A stretch of 64,000 bases of DNA from Opitutus sp. GAS368 (GTDB lineage Bacteria; Verrucomicrobiota; Verrucomicrobiia; Opitutales; Opitutaceae). The notes beneath the pieces are model-generated. The model was given only the letters and a program-made list of their open reading frames with translations. It was not told the origin of the DNA and ran no database searches. Shown here piece after piece: positions 40,003 through 47,135 of this stretch. The stretch covers positions 1 through 64,000 of the forward strand of contig CAMAVZ010000006.1 in assembly GCA_945861645.1 (NCBI GenBank), given 5' to 3'. A program made the position numbers and the translations under genes. Numbering within the stretch: the stretch's first letter is position 1; each line of letters begins with the position of its first letter.

Positions 40003-40577
40003 CGGGAATCCTCCACGGCCGACGATGGCAGCGCTTCCAGCAAACCGCGCGCGGCAAAGAAGGCCGCAAACCGCCGCATGCCCTTTGCGATGTGCACCTT
40101 CACGGTCTCTGGCGAAATATTGAGCTGCACCCCAATTTCCTTATACGCCATCCCATCGAGATAACGGAGCATGATGACTTGTCGGCAGCGGTCTGGCAGC
40201 GCCCGCACGGCTTCGGCGAGCACTTCGAGCTCGTAATTTTGGTCCATCTGCTCACCCGCCCCGGGTTGATCCTCCAAGACTATGAGCTCAACCAGATCCG
40301 TCACGGCCTCGGTCGGCTTCGTACCCCGGCGGCGGAAGAGATCGAAGGCGACGTTGCGGGCGGCGGTAAAAAGAAACGCCTTTGTGTAGCGCACTCCGCC
40401 ATTGGCCTTCGCGCGGAGGAGGCGCGTGTAGGTTTCCTGCACAAGATCGTCGGGATCGCCGAGAGTGGGGAAACGCGCCTGCAAGTATGCCCGCAGCGCC
40501 GCTTCATGGGGCTGGACCTCCTCGGCAAACCAACGGGTTTGTTCAGACGCAAGCATAAGGCTGGGGGGAGCATGCAT
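39999..40577 (-). CDS. FecI-like ECF sigma-70 factor
   Basis: DDLVQETY, ARN..D..RR, LPDRCRQVI..GMAYKEI..TVKVHI. Confidence 0.93.
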   Translation of the reverse strand: MHAPPSLMLASEQTRWFAEEVQPHEAALRAYLQARFPTLGDPDDLVQETYTRLLRAKANGGVRYTKAFLFTAARNVAFDLFRRRGTKPTEAVTDLVELIVLEDQPGAGEQMDQNYELEVLAEAVRALPDRCRQVIMLRYLDGMAYKEIGVQLNISPETVKVHIAKGMRRFAAFFAARGLLEALPSSAVEDSR

Positions 40578-40647
40578 CCACCCGGATTTTGGGGATGTCG
40601 AGCGAATTTTGGGCGAAAACTCGGTTCTAAAACTATTTCTTATTACC

Positions 40648-40676
40648 GATAACCCGAATGCCCTGCGGCTGCGTCT
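40648..40676 (+). promoter_or_regulatory. Putative ECF-sigma promoter divergent from sigma gene (orphaned)
   Basis: GATAACCCG-AATGCCCTGCGGCT-GCGTCT. Confidence 0.65.
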
Positions 40677-40689
40677 TTATCTGCCCTGA

Positions 40690-40782
40690 TTGCACCGTGC
40701 CTTGGTGCCCATTGTAAAAAAGCAGTCGGTCGCGACGAACGATCCGGCGAGTCAAAGGGAGGGAGGAATGAAAAGGAGACAT
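40690..40782 (-). pseudogene. Remnant 5' end of a probable Tat-exported protein gene
   Basis: CCCC-ATG start; MSPFHSSLPLTRR then SFVA.. after removing one base (frameshifted TRRSFV motif). Confidence 0.35.
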
Positions 40783-40805
40783 GGGGAACGAGGGGTTGAA
40801 AAAAA

Positions 40806-41096
40806 TCAGGTGGCCATGCGCCGCGCGGCGAGTTGCGCCCGCAACGCCAGTTCCGCGGCCTTGAACGCGTGTGCCTCGGCCTCCATCAGGGCGGTGCACA
40901 TGCGGTTGATGTGGCCGTGGTCGAGATGCGCCGCCGCAAAGACGAACTCCCCCGACTCCACGACCGGGTTCGGTTTGCTGCGCCGGGCGTAATTCATCTC
41001 GTCGGCTTTGCGGTCAAGGGCCTGGACGATCGGCGACGAGAGCCCTCCGGCGGCGAGGGCTGCGGCAGACTGCGTGAGAAATTTACGGCGATTCAT
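40806..41096 (-). pseudogene. Internally deleted Tat-exported Gfo/Idh/MocA oxidoreductase
   Basis: MNRRKFL signal, N-terminal GEFVFAAAHLDHGHI joined directly to C-terminal HAFKAAELALRAQ. Confidence 0.75.
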
Positions 41097-41151
41097 GGGG
41101 TAAACGGGGGAGCTGGCTCAATAAATCATCTTCGGAAACACATCGCCCTTA

Positions 41152-41339
41152 GGCGAAGCTGATAATGATGCGATCAAAGTAGGCGAAAAAATAGCACAAG
41201 ACGATGATCGGGTGGTTCAAAGCGAGGAGATGCGCGTGCGAGATGGAAGATCGCGGAGAGGGTAGAAGCAGGTGTTGGGTCGCACCGAACAGAGACGCAG
41301 CTGGGGCGTTTTCGGGTTATCACGGGCGAAAAATTCTCC
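41152..41339 (-). repeat. Right copy of inverted promoter + MFS-start cassette
   Basis: Reverse complement of 29617-29837 with a 33-bp deletion; encodes MNHPIIVLCYFFAYFDRIIISFA*. Confidence 0.92.
41293..41321 (-). promoter_or_regulatory. Putative ECF-sigma promoter
   Basis: GATAACCCG-AAAACGCCCCAGCT-GCGTCT. Confidence 0.7.
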
Positions 41340-41442
41340 TGACAATTCCTGTACCGAATTAGGGCCTTTTCTGACCTTTCCAGTCCACTCCAGTCCACTC
41401 GCTCTCCTATAACAGCGTTTTTTCAGAGGGAGTATTGACGCA

Positions 41443-41498
41443 TTCAACTCCCCTCACCTCCACCATTTTATTAGTTCAGCATGACATTGACGATGGCG
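41443..41498 (+). repeat. attR: 56-bp direct repeat (displaced tmRNA 3' end + OPT gene end)
   Basis: Identical to 29008-29063. Confidence 0.95.
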
Positions 41499-43456
41499 TT
41501 GCCGATGCCGACTAAAGCCGCGCCGGCAATGAGCCCAGCGCAGATCGGTTCGCAGCCTTCGACCCAGAAAGCGTGGCCCTTCGTCCCGGGCGTGGAATTT
41601 TTCCGGCCATACCACCAGAAAATCAAGGCCCCCACCCACATCGCAAAACTGGCATCAGGCGGCAGTACCACGCCTAGCCCGATCGAAACCGCCGACAGAG
41701 GAAAACGGCCCTTGGTTACCATTCGCGTGACCTCAATCAACAAGGCCGCCACCGCGGCGACCGCCATCGCAATAATGGCCGAGGACGGCAGGGTTTTTAG
41801 CCCATTGGCGATTAGGTCGGCTACGCCTTTCCATTGTAAGGCCGCCGGCATTGCAAATTGATCTGAGACCAGCGTCGAAACTGAACGCGTTCCATCAGCC
41901 GCCTTCGGCAAAAATAGTAAGTAAAAAAGCGGTACGGCCGAAAGCGCGCCCGCAAAAATCCCAATCACATGGCCGATAGCCTGCTGCCGCGGCTTAGCCC
42001 CGAGCATGTAACCCGGTTTGATATCAGAAAGTAAATTAGCCGCATTCGCCGCTATCTCTGAGGTCATTCCCGCTGGAATCAAGTTACTCGCCGGATTGGT
42101 CCGATCAATGGCGCCCATTGAAAATTGGGTGATTTTAGCCAGCGAACCTGTCGGGGTCCACGAAGTGAGCGCCATCGAGTTCGTCGCAATGACCGCAAGA
42201 ATAGCGATCAGCGGGAAGGAGATGAAGGCGAGCAACCAAGGCACGCCGAAAAACCAATGCGAAACGCCCGCGCCTAATACGCAAAAAATAGGCACGCCCA
42301 CGGCCGACAGCCACAAGGGGAGTTCAATTTTTTTGAGCACATCAACCCCCGGAGAGCCGGCCACGACGGCCGGCTTCGACTTAAAGAGGCCCCGGATCAA
42401 TTCAGGTTTACCCAGTAAACTGACCATGGAGCCAACGACCATCAATGACACGCCCCACCACAGGGCCCATTGATTAACAATTTCCCCGCGCGTGATCTGC
42501 ACGAGCACCCCCGTCGGCGCCGTGTACGCTTTAATGTCACCCCGCTGAATCATGATGGGGGCAAGAATGAAAAAATTAATAAAAGCTCCGAGCATAACGC
42601 TCGAGGCGATCCGAATACCCATTAAACCACCTACCCCCAGCATGGCGGCATCAAGCGTCACGCGCAGCCCGAGCTGGCGAATATCTGTGCCCAGAATGCG
42701 CGGGATCATCGCGGGATATTTTACGGCGAAGTTGTAATAATATGTATCGAGGCGCTCATGCAAAGTCCAAGGCTCCTGCAGTCCAGCCCACCGGTCTAAA
42801 CGCAGAATTTTAAACTGCAGCACCTTCATCCAACCATCGCTGGTCAAGAATTGGTAGAACCCGGTGAAGAGCGCGGTCACTCCGAGCAATTTTGCCTTCA
42901 ACATTCCTGTATCGCCCTGTCCGTGGTAAAGCGCGTCGAGCACCACGCCCGCCGCCCGGCCTTCCGGAAAGGGCAACTGTTCGTCATTAATAAAACGGCG
43001 CTTGAGCGGAAAGGCCAACAAGACCCCCAAAATCGATACCACCACCAACCACGCCAGAATATGCCACGCGGGAATAATTTTCCCGGTCACCATCATGTAA
43101 GCTGCTAAAGCGGAAATAAGCGGCGAGGTCATGTACCCGGCGGCGGTCGCAATCGACTGCGTGCAATTGTTTTCAAGAATGGTAAAATCTTTGGCGATAC
43201 CGCTCTGCGCTAAAATCCGGTAAAAAGCGAAAGCCAGAATAACCGACGTCAGCCCCACGCCGGTGGTGATGCCCGTTTTGCCGCCGATATAAAGATTGGT
43301 CGCCGCCAAAATTCCCCCGAGGAGGAAGCCAGTGAGGGCAGACCGCAAGGTGAGCTGCGGCATATCACCGCGATAAATATTTTTTAACCACCACTCATCT
43401 TTTTGCTCCCGCGACCAAGTTTTGATTTGTTCATCATTCAGCTGCTGCAAGGCCAT
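41471..43456 (-). CDS. OPT-family oligopeptide transporter
   Basis: QLTLRS, TILENN..QSIATAAG, LPFPEGRA, DIKPGYMLGAKPRQQ. Confidence 0.92.
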   Translation of the reverse strand: MALQQLNDEQIKTWSREQKDEWWLKNIYRGDMPQLTLRSALTGFLLGGILAATNLYIGGKTGITTGVGLTSVILAFAFYRILAQSGIAKDFTILENNCTQSIATAAGYMTSPLISALAAYMMVTGKIIPAWHILAWLVVVSILGVLLAFPLKRRFINDEQLPFPEGRAAGVVLDALYHGQGDTGMLKAKLLGVTALFTGFYQFLTSDGWMKVLQFKILRLDRWAGLQEPWTLHERLDTYYYNFAVKYPAMIPRILGTDIRQLGLRVTLDAAMLGVGGLMGIRIASSVMLGAFINFFILAPIMIQRGDIKAYTAPTGVLVQITRGEIVNQWALWWGVSLMVVGSMVSLLGKPELIRGLFKSKPAVVAGSPGVDVLKKIELPLWLSAVGVPIFCVLGAGVSHWFFGVPWLLAFISFPLIAILAVIATNSMALTSWTPTGSLAKITQFSMGAIDRTNPASNLIPAGMTSEIAANAANLLSDIKPGYMLGAKPRQQAIGHVIGIFAGALSAVPLFYLLFLPKAADGTRSVSTLVSDQFAMPAALQWKGVADLIANGLKTLPSSAIIAMAVAAVAALLIEVTRMVTKGRFPLSAVSIGLGVVLPPDASFAMWVGALIFWWYGRKNSTPGTKGHAFWVEGCEPICAGLIAGAALVGIGNAIVNVMLN

Positions 43457-43658
43457 AAGGGGTGATTTTAGGGGTTAACGCTCGAAGGGCATAACTTCCT
43501 CTGGGGAAATATGACCTGCGCAACTTGCAGACTTCCTACCATTCAGGCAACCTGTCTTCTCGCTCGGTCCCGAATTTTTAAAACTCCTGCTCACCGGATA
43601 ACCCGCCTAAACAGGGGTGGACGACTTTAGCGATAATCGTTAGTTTTCTCTTTGTACC

Positions 43659-45218
43659 ATGGTCTCACCAAAAAATAAAATTCCGGCTACTTCCGCGGCG
43701 GCTCCACCGTTATTTAACTGGCTACAAACTCGCGCCGCCGGCGTCCTCCTGCATCCAACGAGTCTACCCAGTGAGCAGGGTTGCGGGGTGTTAGATCACC
43801 ACGCGATTAAGTTTCTGGATTTCTTGCAAGCAGCCGGAATGAAATACTGGCAGGTTTGCCCGCTTGGTCCTACGGGCTACGGTGACTCACCGTACCAATG
43901 CTTCTCGGCTTTCGCCGGCAATCCCTACCTCGTCGATCTGACCGCACTGATTCCCCTCGGCTTATTGACCGCTGCTGACCTGACCCCTTTGGCGACGCTG
44001 TCCGCGGACCACACCGACTATGGCGCACTCTACCAAATTAAACCGCAATTATTGCAGCAGGCTTACCGCCAATACCAAATTGTGCGACCAGCACTGCCCT
44101 ATGGTGATTTTACCGCGTTCTGTAAAAAAAATGCGGCGTGGCTCGATGCTTACGTTTATTTTCACGCGCTGAAGTCTCACCATGCGGGATTGCCCTGGTG
44201 GGAATGGCCGGCCGAAACACGCGATTACCGGCGCGCCTTGAAATCCCCGCTTCGTCATAGCCTCGCTGAGGCGCAGGCCAGCTGCCGGTTCGCCCAATAT
44301 CTTTTTTTTGGTCAATGGGCCTTGCTGCGCGCCGCCGGCCGTGAGCGCGGCATTGAAATTATTGGTGACTTACCGATTTTTGTGGCGGGCGATTCTGCCG
44401 ATGCGTGGGCGCACCCAGAGCTTTTTGAGCTAGACCAAAAAACTTTTCTGCCGCTCGCGGTGGCGGGCGTCCCGCCTGATTATTTTTCTGCGGACGGACA
44501 ATTTTGGGGCAACCCCCTTTATCGTTGGCCCGCCCATCAAGCGGACGGCTATCGTTGGTGGCTCGCGCGCTTACGCGCCGCCTTCGCCTGCTGTGACATT
44601 ATTCGCCTCGATCATTTTCGCGGGTTTGAGGCCTACTGGCGAATTCCACTCCCCGCGCAAAATGCCCGCATTGGCGCGTGGGTCGCGGGCCCGGGGCTCG
44701 ACCTCTTTCGTGCGTTCCAACGCGAATTACCGACCGCGCGGATAATCGCGGAAGATCTCGGCGTGCTTTCCCCAGCGGTGGTGCAATTGCGGCAAGCGAC
44801 GGGCCTGCCGGGCATGCTCGTCTTGCAATTTGCCTGGGGCCGCGACGCCCAGAACAATTACCTGCCGCATAATGCTGAGCCCAATGCAGTAATTTACTCC
44901 GGCACGCATGATAACGACACAACACGCGGCTGGTATGAATCAGCGAGTGAAGCGGAGCGCAATCACGTCCGCCGCTATCTCCGGGTCGCGGGCACCGACA
45001 TCTCTTGGGATTTTATTCGCGCCTGCTACGCGAGTGTCGCGCGCCTCGCGATTATTCCGCTCACCGATATTTTCGCGCTCGGCGCGAACGCGCGTTTCAA
45101 CACCCCCGCTCGCGCCACGGGTAATTGGCAGTGGCGGTATCGCGCGGCCGCGCTGGAAAAATTAAATCTTAACTCCGCGGCTTATCTGCGCGAACTCGCG
45201 CAACTTTTTCTTCGCTGA
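43659..45218 (+). CDS. malQ: 4-alpha-glucanotransferase (GH77)
   Basis: GVLLHPTSLP, SPYQCFSAFAGN, RLDHFRG, IAEDLG, GTHDNDT. Confidence 0.95.
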   Translation: MVSPKNKIPATSAAAPPLFNWLQTRAAGVLLHPTSLPSEQGCGVLDHHAIKFLDFLQAAGMKYWQVCPLGPTGYGDSPYQCFSAFAGNPYLVDLTALIPLGLLTAADLTPLATLSADHTDYGALYQIKPQLLQQAYRQYQIVRPALPYGDFTAFCKKNAAWLDAYVYFHALKSHHAGLPWWEWPAETRDYRRALKSPLRHSLAEAQASCRFAQYLFFGQWALLRAAGRERGIEIIGDLPIFVAGDSADAWAHPELFELDQKTFLPLAVAGVPPDYFSADGQFWGNPLYRWPAHQADGYRWWLARLRAAFACCDIIRLDHFRGFEAYWRIPLPAQNARIGAWVAGPGLDLFRAFQRELPTARIIAEDLGVLSPAVVQLRQATGLPGMLVLQFAWGRDAQNNYLPHNAEPNAVIYSGTHDNDTTRGWYESASEAERNHVRRYLRVAGTDISWDFIRACYASVARLAIIPLTDIFALGANARFNTPARATGNWQWRYRAAALEKLNLNSAAYLRELAQLFLR

Positions 45219-45326
45219 TTTTTTTAGAAAAAAATTAAATTTTGGCGGATTTTTTGGATAAAATAAATCTGCCCGAAATGAAAAATTATTAGTGCAACTC
45301 AGCGGAACATGACTGATACTGACTGC

Positions 45327-45365
45327 ATGGCCAAAAAGAAACCTGCTAAGAAGAAGAAGAAGTAA
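45327..45365 (+). CDS. Candidate 12-aa lysine-rich micropeptide MAKKKPAKKKKK
   Basis: Clean ATG..TAA in an intergenic region, AT-rich upstream, terminator downstream. Confidence 0.5.
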   Translation: MAKKKPAKKKKK

Positions 45366-45391
45366 CGCTTGCGTTGCTCCTTTCTCCCCTC

Positions 45392-45421
45392 AACGCCGGC
45401 CTAAACAGCCGGCGTTTTTTT
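45392..45421 (+). terminator. Intrinsic terminator
   Basis: AACGCCGGC-CTAAACA-GCCGGCGTT followed by T-tract. Confidence 0.85.
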
Positions 45422-45448
45422 ACGCCCTAATTTTAGCCGCCCACTCAG

Positions 45449-46180
45449 TTATTTAACGGCCGCCCAAACGCGCTGCACGTCGTCGTGATCTTCGAGCGCC
45501 TGCAAAAATTCGCCGACCTGCGCCCGCGTGGCTTCATCGAGCTCCGGAAAAGTTTTGGCGGTGTACCCAATTTCACTGGTGATCACCGACCAGCCGTGCT
45601 GCTTCAACCACACGGAGACCGCATGCACCGCCGTCCGCTCGGTGATAAACCGCACGCCATTACTGCCCTCAGGAATATCATCGTTCTGCGCATGGGCTAA
45701 GGCCTCATAATCATTCGCCCCCGCTTCAATGGCCACCCCCTCGAGGTCGATACTGCGATCGGCATGGTGCGCTTCCACTAAGCCTACGTGATCAAAAAGA
45801 AATTTATTACTGCCGGCCGTCCCGAGCACACCTTGTTTGAAGAGATACCGAATCTCGGGGGTAATGCGCTGATGATTGTCCGTCATGCACTCCACAATCA
45901 CGGCGACCTTATGCGGCGCGTAGCCCTCAAAGATAACGTGATCGAGATGCATTTTTTCGCTGCCGGTGCCGGCGCCTTTGGCGATGCCACGCTCAATGAC
46001 ATCGCGCGTTACGCTGGCTTTCTTCGCCTTCTCAATCGCCGCATGCAGCCGCGCATTGCCTTCGGGATCCCCGCCGCCCATTTTGGCGGCGACCGTAATT
46101 TCCTTCACCAGCTTGCCGACCGTTTGGCCTTTTCTTAAATTAACGATCGCGCGTTTTGCATGCAGCCATTGACGTCCCAT
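45449..46180 (-). CDS. yebC: YebC/PmpR-family protein
   Basis: MGRQW, KEITVAAKMGGGDP..NARL, EGYAP, TDN, LEDHDDVQRV. Confidence 0.93.
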   Translation of the reverse strand: MGRQWLHAKRAIVNLRKGQTVGKLVKEITVAAKMGGGDPEGNARLHAAIEKAKKASVTRDVIERGIAKGAGTGSEKMHLDHVIFEGYAPHKVAVIVECMTDNHQRITPEIRYLFKQGVLGTAGSNKFLFDHVGLVEAHHADRSIDLEGVAIEAGANDYEALAHAQNDDIPEGSNGVRFITERTAVHAVSVWLKQHGWSVITSEIGYTAKTFPELDEATRAQVGEFLQALEDHDDVQRVWAAVK

Positions 46181-46306
46181 AAGACCATGAGCGTTAGCTG
46201 ATCCAACCCCGCCGGGCAAGGCCGAAGAATCTTGGCCTCTCGTCCGCCTACTCTACTTGACCAAGCGGCTTTGCTTTTAATCTAAAACCAGCTAAGTTTG
46301 GTTACG

Positions 46307-46579
46307 ATGTTTGCCGATTTTTTTCATTTTAAATCCCGCCGCAATTCGCGGGATTACCCTGATCCAATCATCACAGCGGTCGTCGTTCGCCCTCCAGAAC
46401 CACGCAATCCCCGCGTAGAAAAAATTATCCTACTGTGCTGGGGTCTCATCGCAGTAAAGCATATTGCGGTGATCTGGGCGGTGTCGCATTACGCCGTGCC
46501 TTTCCATCAGCTCTGGATTAATGGCCCAACCTTCTTGCTCGGGCTCCTCGCCACGCTCGTTTATTACGGGGACGAGTAA
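46307..46579 (+). CDS. Small 2-TM hypothetical protein
   Basis: Two hydrophobic segments; TAAGTT 8 nt upstream of ATG. Confidence 0.65.
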   Translation: MFADFFHFKSRRNSRDYPDPIITAVVVRPPEPRNPRVEKIILLCWGLIAVKHIAVIWAVSHYAVPFHQLWINGPTFLLGLLATLVYYGDE

Positions 46580-46684
46580 GCACCGTTTTTGATTGGGGCT
46601 TTTAGTATTTAGCTGCTGACTATAGTCCGCTGCCCTCAGCTTTTCGGTTGGGGGACTAACTCCATCCATTAATTCTTCATTATT

Positions 46685-47131
46685 ATGCCCGCCGTTCCTG
46701 GTCTCCGTAGTAACTACCTAAAAACTGGCCGCTTGGTTTATTTTGGCCGCATGTTGGACAAAATTCGCCTGCAGGCCGTCGGCCAGCTGCCGGCGGATTA
46801 CGTCGGTAACCTCAGCAAAGGCTTTGACCTCCGCTGCTGTAATTTCTTGCGCGTGCCGTACGCCACTCTGCAGGCGCGCACACTCACCGGCGGCACGGAT
46901 GAAGAGATTCTCGCTTGGGCCTTCGCGACGGGTGGCGCGCGCACGGACGAAGAATGCCTCGCTTGGAATTCGTTTCTCATGAAACGCGGCTGGCGCGATG
47001 ACGGCAGCGCTACCCTTAAGTCGCGCATCAAAGAATTTGGCCTTGAGGGAAAACCCATCGAAACTTTTTTTGATCTTAACGAATTTGACGAAGGTCGCGA
47101 TCCCGTCGCCGCCCAAGCTTGGTTACCTTAA
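46685..47131 (+). CDS. DUF5069-family protein
   Basis: LVYFGRMLDKIRL, FD..CC.FL, FDEGR motifs. Confidence 0.8.
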   Translation: MPAVPGLRSNYLKTGRLVYFGRMLDKIRLQAVGQLPADYVGNLSKGFDLRCCNFLRVPYATLQARTLTGGTDEEILAWAFATGGARTDEECLAWNSFLMKRGWRDDGSATLKSRIKEFGLEGKPIETFFDLNEFDEGRDPVAAQAWLP

Positions 47132-47135
47132 CCCG

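Larger units (their letters stand above)
29008..41498. mobile_element. Genomic island integrated at tmRNA 3' end, no recognisable integrase
   Basis: Flanking 56-bp direct repeat beginning at the tmRNA T-loop; accessory cargo, pseudogenes and visibly more GC3-rich codons than the flanks. Confidence 0.9.

Noticed and set aside
43598-43626. GATAACCCG upstream of malQ as a fifth ECF promoter
   Set aside because: The position 14 nt downstream reads GACGAC, not GCGTCT.
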